DNA of 64,000 bases from an uncultured virus (IMG/VR IMGVR_UViG_3300033068_001295) (taxonomy: Duplodnaviria > Heunggongvirae > Uroviricota > Caudoviricetes), in IMG/VR virus record IMGVR_UViG_3300033068_001295; one strand, given 5' to 3'. Positions 1 through 11,151 of this stretch are shown here, one piece after another. A program made the position numbers and the translations under genes. The notes under the pieces were generated by a model. It had not been told where the DNA came from and did no database searches. It was given only the letters and a program-made list of their open reading frames with translations. The stretch's first letter is position 1. The number at the start of each line of letters is the position of its first letter.

Positions 1-1641
1 TTCTACTTGCTTTTTAGCAATGGCTGTAATAGCTGATAACGCTTTTATTTTTGAATAAGCGTCTTCTTTCTCAGATAAGTCTTTTATCTTTCTTATGTTT
101 ACAGATGTCTGTCCTTTACCTTTGGTTAATTGTTTTTGTTGCTTGTAAACCATATCTAATATCTCAGCCGATTTTTTATAAACCTCTGTGATTGGTGTTC
201 TCTTAGATGTGTCAACTGAGAATAAAGCTATTTGCCTATTTTCAAGCTTTGTAAGGTCTAATTTATTAAATAAGGTATCTTGCATCAAATTGCTATAAAT
301 GGAGTTCATATATCCATCTAATTCAGTTTGGTACTCAGATTTAAAATAGTTTTGTATTTTAGTGAAGAAATTATTGAAAATATCTTTTAACCTATTTAAA
401 ATACTTCTTTCTGTTTCATTTTCCGCTGTATTTGCATCGAACTTGTTTTGAATAAATTCCGCCAATACTTTTCCTAATATCTCTTCTCTTACTAAATCTT
501 CGTTTTTGTATATTTCAAAATAGGTTTTAGAATGTTGTGCCCATTGTTTTGTTTTATGTACATTTCTTAAAAGATTTACAATATCTTCTTTTGGAGTTGT
601 TGCTACGATAAAGTGGGCTGTTTCTTCATTTAAATCTTGGGCTTCTACAATACCATCTTTAAATGCGATTATTTTTTCTGTTAAGTCTGCCAAAGCTTGC
701 GCTGATGGTGGGACTCCGTTCTTCTTGCTGTATTTTTCTACATAATCCGCTAAGTTTAATGTTCTAATACCCATTTTCTTTAATAAAGAAAGGATATTTA
801 GCTGTAACTCGTTCTCAGGAACAATTTTAATAGTGTCCTCTACCGCAGTTTGTGTAGGTGTTGCTTCTTTAACTGCTTGTACAGCTAACTCTCCAACAAA
901 ATCTTCTGTCTTTGGTAGTTCTGTTGTGTCGAAATACATGTCTCCGTTAGAAAGTGTTTTTACAATTCTACCAAAAGATTCTTTAGCTTGTTTTTTAGCT
1001 ATTTCAGAGTTTATTATACGCTTTACTTTTGAATTTCCTGCGGGGGTGATTAACTTTCTTCCTTTACTATCAATATAAGATTTGTCAGAAAGTAGTCCTG
1101 ATTTAATTAAGTTATTAATTAACCCATTTATAGATTTTATATTTGTACTGGAATTTATGGTGTACAAAGTTTTTAATCCCTCTATTGTATTCAAACCAAC
1201 CTCTATTAACCCATCATTGGTGTTTTTCAATGCTTGGGAGTATGATGTAAATACCTCTCCTTTTGGTGTTGTGTATTTTAGAGTGTTAACTCTATTTTCA
1301 TCAATTGAAAAAGCTATAACAGGGGTTTGTGCGTCTTTTTGTGTTATAGGTGCTTCATACCAATCAAATCCATTTTCATCTGTTACTATTTCAACAGGTT
1401 TTTCTTTTTTTAGTATTTCGGCAAACTGCTTCAAGTCAAATACAGGAAGTGTAAGAGGTAGTTTATCTGCTATTCTTTCTAGCTTTGGAGACAACGTTTC
1501 TAAATAGATATTTAACGCCTCGTCAAAATCTGTAATTTGCGGATTACTGTAAATTTGGTCAAAAAGCGTATCTCTTTTACCATTTTCATCTAATACCCCT
1601 ACTCTATTGTTATCTTTGTCAAATAGTATTTTGCAATCCAT
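1..1641 (-). CDS. Giant virion/ejection protein, N-terminal part (runs off window); degenerate zincin-like motif
   Basis: ATG at 1641 overlaps the TAA of the upstream gene. Manual translation gives MDCKILFDKDNNRVGVLDENGKRDTLFDQI... and LNEETAHF...VREEILGK. Absent from the ORF track, consistent with no stop in the window. Confidence 0.75.
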   Translation of the reverse strand, partial: MDCKILFDKDNNRVGVLDENGKRDTLFDQIYSNPQITDFDEALNIYLETLSPKLERIADKLPLTLPVFDLKQFAEILKKEKPVEIVTDENGFDWYEAPITQKDAQTPVIAFSIDENRVNTLKYTTPKGEVFTSYSQALKNTNDGLIEVGLNTIEGLKTLYTINSSTNIKSINGLINNLIKSGLLSDKSYIDSKGRKLITPAGNSKVKRIINSEIAKKQAKESFGRIVKTLSNGDMYFDTTELPKTEDFVGELAVQAVKEATPTQTAVEDTIKIVPENELQLNILSLLKKMGIRTLNLADYVEKYSKKNGVPPSAQALADLTEKIIAFKDGIVEAQDLNEETAHFIVATTPKEDIVNLLRNVHKTKQWAQHSKTYFEIYKNEDLVREEILGKVLAEFIQNKFDANTAENETERSILNRLKDIFNNFFTKIQNYFKSEYQTELDGYMNSIYSNLMQDTLFNKLDLTKLENRQIALFSVDTSKRTPITEVYKKSAEILDMVYKQQKQLTKGKGQTSVNIRKIKDLSEKEDAYSKIKALSAITAIAKKQVE

Positions 1642-3623
1642 TATTTACAATTAAAATTTTCTTCTGTTATTTTATTTTTTTCTGTTTTCTTTAAATACTG
1701 ACTAGCATCTGTAAATTTACCTGGCGACTCATTTAAATATTGGTAAAATGATAAGTCTGTTTCTGTGGTAGGTTGCTCTACATTTACTTGATTATAACTG
1801 CCGACGTTTGTATTTATTTGCAAATATAATGATAAATCTCCAATGTTGTCTACTTTTTCGTAAATATTTTTATTTATTTTTATAAACTCCTCTGTTGTGT
1901 TTTTTGCAATTATCTCTGTATCATTGGCTAAAGTATATATTTGACCCTCGAAACTACTGACTAAATTCGGATTATTTATAACTTTATCGCGTCTGTTTTC
2001 TATTTCTCCCGCCTCTTTTAAATTTGGCATCTGCTTAGACAGTAAAGAATAGTTTTTTAAATTTTCGTCTGCGTAGATTTTTACTTTTTCTAATGTAATA
2101 TTATCGTTATTCACCAAATATATACCATCTTTATTTACTCCAAAATTGCTGTAAAAGTTTTTATATAAAGGAGAGTTTTTTTGTTTTTCTTTTAAATGTG
2201 CTATGTGAAAATCTGAGATATACTCGTTTGTTAAATATTGATAGTCTCCTGTGAAATTTGAAGCATCATTTACAGCATCATTTATAACATCATTTATAAC
2301 ATCAAAATACATTTTATATAATACAACTGCTTCTGCATTTTCTACATTGTTAAAATCAACAGGTAGGTTTTTACTTACATACTCTTCTAATGTAATGTCT
2401 TTGGGATATTTTTCAACGTATGTTCTTAAATTATTATATAGCGTTTGTAAGTCTTCTTTTGCAGTTTTTATCCACAAATCTTCTCCTGCTTTTATTAATC
2501 CTTGTTGTTTATAAACATCTTCTTCGCTAAGATTAGTTTTTAGTTTTACAAATACTCTGTCTGTTTTATCCGACTTTATTTTTTCTATTTTCGGCGCAAT
2601 ATCTTTTTCAAAATACTTGTCATATACTTCACTGAACTCTTTTGTGTTTTCTTTATTCGGCGCGGATAAAAACTTAAATAGCGGAACTAAAAATAGTTGC
2701 ATTTCTTGGTCGATAGCTTTATCTTTCAGTCCTATAACGTCAAGTCCCTCACCAATTAAATTATTCTCCAAATCACTTAATACCTGTCTTGTCTGTACTT
2801 CATTGTCTTGCAAGATATCTAAATCCAAAGATGTTAATGTGTCTAATCCTAAAAACAATGATTTATTATTAGATAACTTTACCACTAAAGGCAGTATTTG
2901 TTCTGTCTCTGTATTATTTTCTGGTCTTATTTCTCCATCAACTTCTGTGTATACTTCTGCAATTTTATATCTTTGCATTTCTTGAAATAAAGTGTCTCTA
3001 TTTACAGACATTTGGAAGTTTGGATATTGTATTTCATTTAAAGCCTCGTCAAAAATACGTCTTTCTGCGATTCCCCCTAAAGTGTTTATAACCTCTTTTT
3101 GGACAATGTTTTGATTTATAGGTTTTAGTTTTCCGAAGCTATTAAATTCGTTTGTTGTTTCTGTTGTTTCTGTCGGTGTTGCTTCTAAGTCCTGAGTATT
3201 TTGCAGGCGTTCTAAAGCACTTTTTACTTTATCTTGTAATTCCGTATTATTTTTTAATTCCTTTATCTCATAGCTATTATATCCCGCGGATTTTAATTTC
3301 TGTTCATCTATTGTAAAAATACCTAAATTATCATAAAAAGCAGATGTGTTTGGAACACTTCCCATTTCAATAATATCTACACGGTCTTCTTTTGTTAAAG
3401 GCGTTGTTTCTTTATTTTTATTAGTTATAAAATTAACAAGTGTTTTTACACTAGGCTCTTGTCCAAACATATCAGTAAATTCCGTAGAACGTGATACTTC
3501 ATACATTTTAATAGCTTCATCGATACCGAAAGTTTCCTCTAACTGTTTGAATAGTTTAGAGGGTTTTCCTTGGTAATTAACTCCTGTTATTTGTCCTTTT
3601 CTTTTAATCCAATCACAACCCAT
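1641..3623 (-). CDS. Large virion-associated (ejection/cargo) protein, 660 aa
   Basis: Long ORF among giant genes downstream of the tail module; TATATTTG just upstream. Confidence 0.6.
   Translation of the reverse strand: MGCDWIKRKGQITGVNYQGKPSKLFKQLEETFGIDEAIKMYEVSRSTEFTDMFGQEPSVKTLVNFITNKNKETTPLTKEDRVDIIEMGSVPNTSAFYDNLGIFTIDEQKLKSAGYNSYEIKELKNNTELQDKVKSALERLQNTQDLEATPTETTETTNEFNSFGKLKPINQNIVQKEVINTLGGIAERRIFDEALNEIQYPNFQMSVNRDTLFQEMQRYKIAEVYTEVDGEIRPENNTETEQILPLVVKLSNNKSLFLGLDTLTSLDLDILQDNEVQTRQVLSDLENNLIGEGLDVIGLKDKAIDQEMQLFLVPLFKFLSAPNKENTKEFSEVYDKYFEKDIAPKIEKIKSDKTDRVFVKLKTNLSEEDVYKQQGLIKAGEDLWIKTAKEDLQTLYNNLRTYVEKYPKDITLEEYVSKNLPVDFNNVENAEAVVLYKMYFDVINDVINDAVNDASNFTGDYQYLTNEYISDFHIAHLKEKQKNSPLYKNFYSNFGVNKDGIYLVNNDNITLEKVKIYADENLKNYSLLSKQMPNLKEAGEIENRRDKVINNPNLVSSFEGQIYTLANDTEIIAKNTTEEFIKINKNIYEKVDNIGDLSLYLQINTNVGSYNQVNVEQPTTETDLSFYQYLNESPGKFTDASQYLKKTEKNKITEENFNCK
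2257..2304. repeat. Degenerate 12-bp tandem repeat x4 encoding DVIN-DVIN-DAVN-DASN
   Basis: tttgaagcatca tttacagcatca tttataacatca tttataacatca. Confidence 0.85.
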
Positions 3624-3627
3624 ATTG

Positions 3628-3635
3628 CAAATATA
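3628..3635 (-). promoter_or_regulatory. Bacteroidota sigma-A type -7 element TATATTTG
   Basis: Matches TAnnTTTG immediately upstream of the 660-aa gene. Confidence 0.55.
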
Positions 3636-3659
3636 TTATTTAATTTTTAATTGTGCAAA

Positions 3660-6600
3660 TTAATTGCAAATGTTTTTAGCTCCGTCATTATCTTTCACTA
3701 CAATTTGTTTCTGTATGTTTTCATATTGTGCTAAGAGTTTTTTTACTTCTATTACTTTTTCCGCGCCAATTGCTGTTTCTAAACGTTTTGATATTTTATC
3801 GGAAAAAGCTTGTTTTAATACTTTTACATTAGCCACTTTTTTAATATAAACATCTGTTCTTTCTATTGTGTTTTCATCAAAAGTGTCTGTAAACTTTGTG
3901 TCCTCTATGATATCTCCTTTTGCGTCAATGTATTTCTTATCTGCATTTTTTATAAAGTCTTCATAGATGTCAATAGCTAAATCATTTAACCTGTTTTGTA
4001 CATCTATAATATTATTAACTTTTACCTCTGCTTTAGTTTCAAACTTTACAGTGTCGTCTAATTTTATTCTTACTTTTGGTGCGCTGATTGCTCTATCAAG
4101 GTCATCTAATTGTATCTTGATAGTTGCGTCATTTGTTAAATTTTCTTTTTTATACTTTTTAGATGCTAATGTGTCCGCAGGAACAAATGTTTTTTTATTT
4201 GCAAATGCCTCTCTAACTAATTCCGCTTTTTCTGATAATTCAACCTCACCATTAAAAATTTGAATATCTTTGTAAGTTAATTTTTCTGCTTTTATTCCTT
4301 TTTCAATTATTGCATTATTTATATTTAGTACTATCTCTTGTGGACTTCCTACAAGTAATGCATCAAAGGCAACGGGCGTATTTGTTTTTACAAGTGATAT
4401 TGGAAAAGCAATTTGATATTTGCCTTTACGAAATACAACTATTGGTTGTTTTAAATCAGGGTTCTTTTTAGAAATAGCCCCTACAAAAGTTTTGTCTACA
4501 TCAGCTATTTCATTATCTAAAGTGATTTCTCCGTTTAATATATAACCTTTAGCTATAATAACTTTTTCAACAGCTTCTTTTGATATCGGTAAGTCTGTTA
4601 GTTGTCCGTCAGAGAAAGCTAGTTCAGCACTTCCTAAAAACACATTATCAACTTCAACAGATATCCCTAAATCTAATGTTTCAGGTTTTCCTGCTTTTTC
4701 CCATCTATCAAACGCCTCTTGTCTTATAGACATAAATTGTGGAACTACACTTTCGGTTGTTTCCCTTTCTGCTTTTAAAGTTTGAATATCGTTTCCATTA
4801 GCATCTCTTAAAAAGATTTTTATCTGTTCTTTTGTTCCGCCTATTTTTGTTTTATTCCAACCATCTACATCTTTTATATGAAGTGTTAGTCGGTCTCCTT
4901 TTTTAATATTGTAAGACTCTTCTGCTTTAATAGCCTCTTTAAAATCAGATGGCATTTTTACTTCATCCTGTCCTAGTCTTGTATAAACATCAACAAAAGT
5001 CCAATTAACTGTGTCTGTTGCTCTTATGAACATGTTTAATTGAGGCTCTCTGCTATCAAAGTCTTCTTTTTTGATTTCAATTCTACCTTTAGTTATAAAT
5101 GAAAAAGATGTCCCATCAATTTTAACAACATCCCCTACCTTTAAATTGTCTATATCTTTGCCTTTGCCTTCAATTGTATATTCTGTTCCTATTCTCTCTA
5201 CAATGGTTCTGGGTTTTAAATGTGTTAACTGATAGTTTCCATCTTTTGTTAGCTTTACAGTTACGGGTGCTGTTACATTTACTAGTAAATCAGGTCTTTC
5301 TGATTCTCCCGTAGCATACATTTCATCTTTTAACTGTGTGTACGCCTCTTCTTCAGTTACCTCGTCTTTTGTTTCTATTTGGTCTTGTTGTTGTTCAAGT
5401 TGCTGAATTAACTGAACCATTTCAGCAACAGACGTATTTTCACTGTCTACTGCCGAATCTAATAGTTTCCAATCTTGTAGTTTTTGCACTACATCTGCGC
5501 TTGCTGTACCGTTTTTATATGCCTCTATTTCTTCCTGCGTAGGTTGTTTGTTTGCTATGCCGTCATAGTTATCTCCCATGTAGAGCATGTCATAATTTTT
5601 TAAAACATTTTCTATGCGTTCTTTATATTGTTCGGCTTCTGATTTAGTTTCTGTTTTTACCTCTTCTGCTTTAGGTTTTGATTTAGTTAAGTCCTCTTGT
5701 TCAGCAACAGGTTCTTCTGTTACAGTTGTTGCTATCTCTCTTGTTTTATACTCAGCATAAGTATTTAAAGCATTTTGTAACCACTCTTTAGTGTTTTCAT
5801 TCATGTCTTTTTTACCTAGCTTTCCACCTAACCAACTTCCAATATTCTCCATTTTAAAGTCCTTAGATGCCAAAACTCTTTGTGTGGCTTGACTTTCTAA
5901 AAAGATTTGCTCAGACTGATTATACTCATCTAGTAAGTCTTTTAAGTACTGTGCTTTTTGAGGGTTTGCAATATCATAACCACTAATGGCATCTTGAAAA
6001 CTTTTTATGTTTTTAGAAACACTAAGTAAGTCGCTTCCGCTTATTTCTGAACCTACTACATCTACTGAAAAATCAACATCTGATAAACCTTTTTCGTAAT
6101 TAGATGTTACATTTATTTCTCTTGCTGTTATATCTGCTTTTTCTTGTAGTGCCGTAATTTCAGCTTCAATAGCTAAAAGTTGTGCAGACATTTCTACTCT
6201 TGGACTGTATCCTTCCTTGTCTTTTTTTACATCGACTGCTTCTGCAATTTTTTGTGTTAACTCTTCTCTCATCTTTTCTTTAAAAGCGTATTGTATCTGT
6301 TCAGCAAGTATTTGTTCTTTAAGTCTTAAAGTTTGACTGCTTAACTTTGCCTTTAAATTTAATGCATTTGATAACTCTGTTCCTACTTCTTTTGCTATAA
6401 TGTCCTTTATATCTCTCATAAGAACATTGGCATTTTCTCCAATAGTTGATTGCCATGCAAGAGCTTCTACAATTTGTGCATTTTTAGAAAATTGACTACC
6501 TGTTGCATTTTCAAGAGCTGTTGTATTTAATGTTTGCTCTCCTGCTAATTTTTTACCAATCATGTACTTCCAATAAGTTTTATTGGTTTTCCATTGTTTA

Positions 6601-8438
6601 GCTAAAGTTGTAAATTCATTAAGTCTATCTTCTTTCTCTTGCTGTATTTTCTCTGGTTCTATTCCCGACTCTTTCCATTGGTCAACAGTGATTGTATCTA
6701 ATGCATTTTTCATTTCAAGAGTAGTGTCTGAAATAGACTCTCCTTGAACTTGTCTTGCATTTACAAAAGTTAAAATACCTGACTGTTTGTCTAAAAGGGC
6801 TTTAGAAATATTACCTTTTTGCTCATTCTCCTTTGCCGACTCCGCAAATCCTGCTATTCTGTTAGCAGATTGTATGCGACTTGGCATCATTAAAGACTGT
6901 AAAGTGTTTGTATTAAAAACTTTGTTTGTTGCTTCTTTATAATTTAATTCTTGTTCTTTCTGTTTTTGTTCGCTTCTTGCATTTATACTTCCGCCCGCTA
7001 CCCCAATAAGAATACCTAGCATATTTTCTTTCCAACCCTCATCTGTACCATACTGCTCTGAAAGAGATTCTCCCATAGCTTTGATGTTATTAAAAGATTC
7101 TGTTGTATGCTTTGGATTATAACTATGCTCTATCCATTTATTTCCAAACTTATTTGTAACTCCTTGTAAACCTTCTTCAAATAACCCTTCGGTTACTGAT
7201 GGTTTAATAAAATAATCAAATGTATTTCTAGCTACTTTTTGTTTAGTTGTGACTTTTAATGTTTCTCCCGCAACTTTATCAAATCCGTATCCAAAGGCTT
7301 TTCTGTCTATAAATTCTGAAAGTCCTGTTTTAATTGGGTTTTTAATATCTAATATGTTTCCCATTGTAACAAGAGTAGACGCTCCTACGATAGCTAAATT
7401 TGCTGTAAATACTGCATTTGATGAGTGCTCTAAGTTCTTTTCAAACACTCTTATTTCTTCTGCTGTTGGGTCTCTATCTGTAAAACTGTTATAGAAGTTT
7501 TCTTCGGCTTCTTTTTTATATTGTAGTGCTTCTTGTGAAGCTTCAAATCCCGCTGACCTGCCTGTAAATGCTACAAGTGATGCTATTTCCCCTGCTTTTC
7601 CTACGCCTATTGCTAAGTCTTTTGAAATAGTTCCTGTTTTGTACATTTGACCTGGCGAAGACTTTAGAAAAGATTTCATTTTTCCCACTCCGTCTAATAC
7701 TTTAGCTTCTCCTAAAGAATCTACACCCCATCTACCTAATCTTGATAGTTTACTTGCATTTCTAGCTCCAATTGTGGCTAAAGATGTTCCACCTGTTGCA
7801 TAAGCCCACAGTCCTTCTGAAACTAAAGCACCTGCTGTAAAAGACAAGCCACCTAAAAATTTGTCTGCCCAAAAATTAGTTGTACCCATTTGACTGAATA
7901 CTCCTTTTTGTTCTTCTTGTTTTGTATAGTAGTTAGGAAGTTGGTAATTCATTTTGGTGTCTAAGTCGCTTAACCAATTTGAAAAATCATTATCATATAA
8001 AGAAGATACATTTCCATCACTAATCATTGCACCAACTCCATTAACAACACCATAAGTGCCACCTGTCACTGCGTTTAATGTTTTACCTCCAAATTTTAAT
8101 AAGCCATTAGCCCATTTTTCTCCTGATGTTTGGTTTTGCGCGGCGTACTCTGCGTTATCTCTGCCTCTTTTATAAGTGGGATATTTAGCTAACCATTCTC
8201 CACCTACATTAGCAAAAGCATCTGTAACATTTGTATTTTCAAAAGATAAAGATGGTTTTACTTGCTTTTCTTGCATACCTGTACCCGAAAAAACATTTTG
8301 ACCAAAATCATATCCTAAATCTTTAGGTTTATCTTTTGCATTAATTGGGTTTTTTACACGTATGCCCGAAGCAATATTTTCTATTTCAGGTGTGACTTTT
8401 TGATTCTGTACAATATCTGTTATGTTAATTTCCTCCAT
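3660..8438 (-). CDS. Giant virion/ejection protein, 1592 aa
   Basis: Gly/Ala-rich hydrophobic segments (TEGLFEEGLQG, GILIGVAGG) and long coiled coils typical of podovirus ejection proteins; position after the tail module. Confidence 0.65.
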   Translation of the reverse strand: MEEINITDIVQNQKVTPEIENIASGIRVKNPINAKDKPKDLGYDFGQNVFSGTGMQEKQVKPSLSFENTNVTDAFANVGGEWLAKYPTYKRGRDNAEYAAQNQTSGEKWANGLLKFGGKTLNAVTGGTYGVVNGVGAMISDGNVSSLYDNDFSNWLSDLDTKMNYQLPNYYTKQEEQKGVFSQMGTTNFWADKFLGGLSFTAGALVSEGLWAYATGGTSLATIGARNASKLSRLGRWGVDSLGEAKVLDGVGKMKSFLKSSPGQMYKTGTISKDLAIGVGKAGEIASLVAFTGRSAGFEASQEALQYKKEAEENFYNSFTDRDPTAEEIRVFEKNLEHSSNAVFTANLAIVGASTLVTMGNILDIKNPIKTGLSEFIDRKAFGYGFDKVAGETLKVTTKQKVARNTFDYFIKPSVTEGLFEEGLQGVTNKFGNKWIEHSYNPKHTTESFNNIKAMGESLSEQYGTDEGWKENMLGILIGVAGGSINARSEQKQKEQELNYKEATNKVFNTNTLQSLMMPSRIQSANRIAGFAESAKENEQKGNISKALLDKQSGILTFVNARQVQGESISDTTLEMKNALDTITVDQWKESGIEPEKIQQEKEDRLNEFTTLAKQWKTNKTYWKYMIGKKLAGEQTLNTTALENATGSQFSKNAQIVEALAWQSTIGENANVLMRDIKDIIAKEVGTELSNALNLKAKLSSQTLRLKEQILAEQIQYAFKEKMREELTQKIAEAVDVKKDKEGYSPRVEMSAQLLAIEAEITALQEKADITAREINVTSNYEKGLSDVDFSVDVVGSEISGSDLLSVSKNIKSFQDAISGYDIANPQKAQYLKDLLDEYNQSEQIFLESQATQRVLASKDFKMENIGSWLGGKLGKKDMNENTKEWLQNALNTYAEYKTREIATTVTEEPVAEQEDLTKSKPKAEEVKTETKSEAEQYKERIENVLKNYDMLYMGDNYDGIANKQPTQEEIEAYKNGTASADVVQKLQDWKLLDSAVDSENTSVAEMVQLIQQLEQQQDQIETKDEVTEEEAYTQLKDEMYATGESERPDLLVNVTAPVTVKLTKDGNYQLTHLKPRTIVERIGTEYTIEGKGKDIDNLKVGDVVKIDGTSFSFITKGRIEIKKEDFDSREPQLNMFIRATDTVNWTFVDVYTRLGQDEVKMPSDFKEAIKAEESYNIKKGDRLTLHIKDVDGWNKTKIGGTKEQIKIFLRDANGNDIQTLKAERETTESVVPQFMSIRQEAFDRWEKAGKPETLDLGISVEVDNVFLGSAELAFSDGQLTDLPISKEAVEKVIIAKGYILNGEITLDNEIADVDKTFVGAISKKNPDLKQPIVVFRKGKYQIAFPISLVKTNTPVAFDALLVGSPQEIVLNINNAIIEKGIKAEKLTYKDIQIFNGEVELSEKAELVREAFANKKTFVPADTLASKKYKKENLTNDATIKIQLDDLDRAISAPKVRIKLDDTVKFETKAEVKVNNIIDVQNRLNDLAIDIYEDFIKNADKKYIDAKGDIIEDTKFTDTFDENTIERTDVYIKKVANVKVLKQAFSDKISKRLETAIGAEKVIEVKKLLAQYENIQKQIVVKDNDGAKNICN

Positions 8439-11151
8439 CTAATATTGTATTAATTTTTGTTTTCTTTTTATCTGTAATCAACTCCCTTAAAATAAATTCT
8501 GTTATGAATGTTTGAGGTGCATTTTCAATCAACCATTTTGTATCTTTATCTAACAATTTTATTCCTAAAGAAGTTTTTAATATCTCTTCGTTTTGGTCAT
8601 TTTTTATAGATATTGCCCATTTTTTATCTCCATATAATTTTTCAACTGAGGGGGTTAATGTAAACCCTTCAATTCTTTTTAAATATGTATTTGTAAAATT
8701 TTCTACAACTTCTTGCGGATAATCTTTCAATTTTTCTTCAAATACATTACTTATTGTTGTTTCATTTGTATAAGCTGTTGGGTTTCCGCCTACAGTAGGG
8801 AATAACTGCATTAAATTTGGATTTTCCTGAACTGCCTGCGCAATATTATATGCCATATTATCTGATTTTACTTTTTCAGAAGATTTAATTATTCTTGGTT
8901 TAGATGGTGATAGTTTTACAGAAGTTTCGTCTGCGTTTAATCCCATTTGTTCTCCTTCTTTCTCTTGAATGTATTGCATCATAATTTCATAAGATGCATC
9001 TCCTTTTCCAAGTACAGCTTTTGAATTTTTATTTCCCCAAGTAAAAGTGTTGTCTTTAGAAGAGCCCCCTCTATACTGCTCAATTACAATTTCTTCACCC
9101 ACTAATCTTGCCGTCATTGGCATTTTTGGGTCAAATACTTCTCCTTGTAATCTGTCTTGTGGAATGGAGTTTATAATTTGCGCATTTACATTTTCATTTA
9201 TAAAGTTTATAGTATTATAGTCTGTAAAACTAGATAATGTTCCTGTTTTTGATTTTTCTTGAAGAATTTTTTCTGTTTCTACTTTTGCATCTTTGTTTAA
9301 AGTTCCGCCTCGTAATAAAACTCCTCTTGTACTGTTGTCTACTTCTTCTGTTATTTTTGCAAAAGCTCTTAGAAACTCCCCATCGGTTTTTAACTTCTTT
9401 GTTGCCTCAGTTACTCCACCGTTATCGGCTATAAATTTGTTGTACTTTAATAAGGCATCATCTGTTTTTATTTGTTCCTCAGTCCTATTCTTTTTATAAA
9501 GGCTGTTTGACACCACTCTTTCTGTTGTTTGTTTTGCTATTCTAGCTAAATCTGTGAGTTGTTCTACATATTTACTTTGGGATGCATCAAATGTTTTCTT
9601 AAAAGATTGATTTTCTACATTTACAATGTCTTTAGCTATGTTTTGTTTTTTAATAAGAGCATCTGATATTATTTCAGATTCTTTTTTGTACATCCCCCCT
9701 AGTCTAGCAGAATCGAAAGCCTCTTTTATAGTAGCTACTTTTGACGCTGTATTATTCGGTTTTATCCAATTTAAATTTGCATCTAACCCTCTACTTCTCA
9801 ATTCTTCTGTAAACGCTTTCTTATCTTCGGGTTCTGCAACATCACCTGTCAAGAAAGATTTTGCTGTATCTGTAATAATTTTATAATAAGTATCATGTCT
9901 TTTTTGTAAATTTTCTTGCCCTATTTGCTTTCCTAAATCTTTTGTATCTACCTCAGCAGGCGATACTGTAACTACACTATTTGCAAGAGGTGTTCCTGTG
10001 ACAGAAAGACCGTTTTTTGCCATTTTAGCTTCAAATTCTATTCTCTTTCTTTCATTTTCCTCTCTGTCTATAGCCATCTTTTCATAACTAACTTCTAATT
10101 CTCTATCTTTGTAATACACATCATTAGCTTCAACTGTTTGACTCCACTCAGTTGATGCTAACTGTCCTAGTCCATTTAAATAGTTTCCTTTTTCTAACTC
10201 TAAACTAACCATGTCGATAGGTAAACTGCCCTGAGAGTTTTTAGTGTCTAATATTGATTGCTTAGTGTCTCTTAAAACATCTGCTTTTTGTTTAGCCTCT
10301 GCTTTTTCTTTTGGCGTTAGGTTACTATTGTTTGCTCTAGTTTCATAAAGTTTGATATCACTTTCTGTTGCTTCTAGTCTTTGTTCTATATAGTCAGAAA
10401 AATATTTCCTTGCTTCTTGTTCTTGTTGTCCAAACTTAGCCCACCCATTAATCTTCATTTGTGTTAACTCCTCGGAAGTCATTAAACTCCCCATATACCC
10501 TTGTATTTCATTTTGAGTTAAGCCATCTATTTCTTTTCTTACCTTATACTTTCCATTTGGGTCAGGATTCCCATTCTCATCTACTACTTCTTCTATAAAA
10601 CGTTTTCCCTTTATATCTTTTATCGTTTTTAATTTTTTTAAATGTTCTTCTGTTAGGTCTTTATAAGGGGTATAACTTAAACTTCCAATATCATTAACCT
10701 TTCCATTCATATAATCGTTATATCCTGCTTTATATAAGGCGTAAGCATTATTAGCATCATTATAAAATTGCGGTTTTTTTTCTTTTATCTTTTCTACTTC
10801 CGCTTGATAATTTTTATATTTATAAGTATTTTCCATAGCCGACAAAATGAAAGGGTCATTCGCCGCGGATTTAATATCTCCCATCATAGAATCAGATACA
10901 TTTGAATGTGCCAAGTTTTTGTCTCCATAACTGTTTATCTTATTAGTTATAGAATTTAACTTTGCTTGTATATATTCATTGTCCTGTGGTCTTAGCATTT
11001 TCTGCAATCCAAAAGCATCAAGTGTTTGCTGAACTTTCTGCTTGGCAATATTATAACTACCCTGTTGCATAGCCAAAACACTTTGCACCAACGGTAAATT
11101 TATGCTCGACTCTGATGGGGTGTACTCTAAAGGTGTACTTAAATAATTCAT
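8425..11151 (-). CDS. Large virion/cargo protein, 908 aa
   Basis: Long helical ORF in the cargo gene block. Confidence 0.55.
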   Translation of the reverse strand: MNYLSTPLEYTPSESSINLPLVQSVLAMQQGSYNIAKQKVQQTLDAFGLQKMLRPQDNEYIQAKLNSITNKINSYGDKNLAHSNVSDSMMGDIKSAANDPFILSAMENTYKYKNYQAEVEKIKEKKPQFYNDANNAYALYKAGYNDYMNGKVNDIGSLSYTPYKDLTEEHLKKLKTIKDIKGKRFIEEVVDENGNPDPNGKYKVRKEIDGLTQNEIQGYMGSLMTSEELTQMKINGWAKFGQQEQEARKYFSDYIEQRLEATESDIKLYETRANNSNLTPKEKAEAKQKADVLRDTKQSILDTKNSQGSLPIDMVSLELEKGNYLNGLGQLASTEWSQTVEANDVYYKDRELEVSYEKMAIDREENERKRIEFEAKMAKNGLSVTGTPLANSVVTVSPAEVDTKDLGKQIGQENLQKRHDTYYKIITDTAKSFLTGDVAEPEDKKAFTEELRSRGLDANLNWIKPNNTASKVATIKEAFDSARLGGMYKKESEIISDALIKKQNIAKDIVNVENQSFKKTFDASQSKYVEQLTDLARIAKQTTERVVSNSLYKKNRTEEQIKTDDALLKYNKFIADNGGVTEATKKLKTDGEFLRAFAKITEEVDNSTRGVLLRGGTLNKDAKVETEKILQEKSKTGTLSSFTDYNTINFINENVNAQIINSIPQDRLQGEVFDPKMPMTARLVGEEIVIEQYRGGSSKDNTFTWGNKNSKAVLGKGDASYEIMMQYIQEKEGEQMGLNADETSVKLSPSKPRIIKSSEKVKSDNMAYNIAQAVQENPNLMQLFPTVGGNPTAYTNETTISNVFEEKLKDYPQEVVENFTNTYLKRIEGFTLTPSVEKLYGDKKWAISIKNDQNEEILKTSLGIKLLDKDTKWLIENAPQTFITEFILRELITDKKKTKINTILDGGN

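Noticed and set aside
3660..11151. Virion RNA polymerase as in crAss-like phages
   Set aside because: No DxDxD catalytic motif in an RNAP context seen in these ORFs; it may lie outside the window
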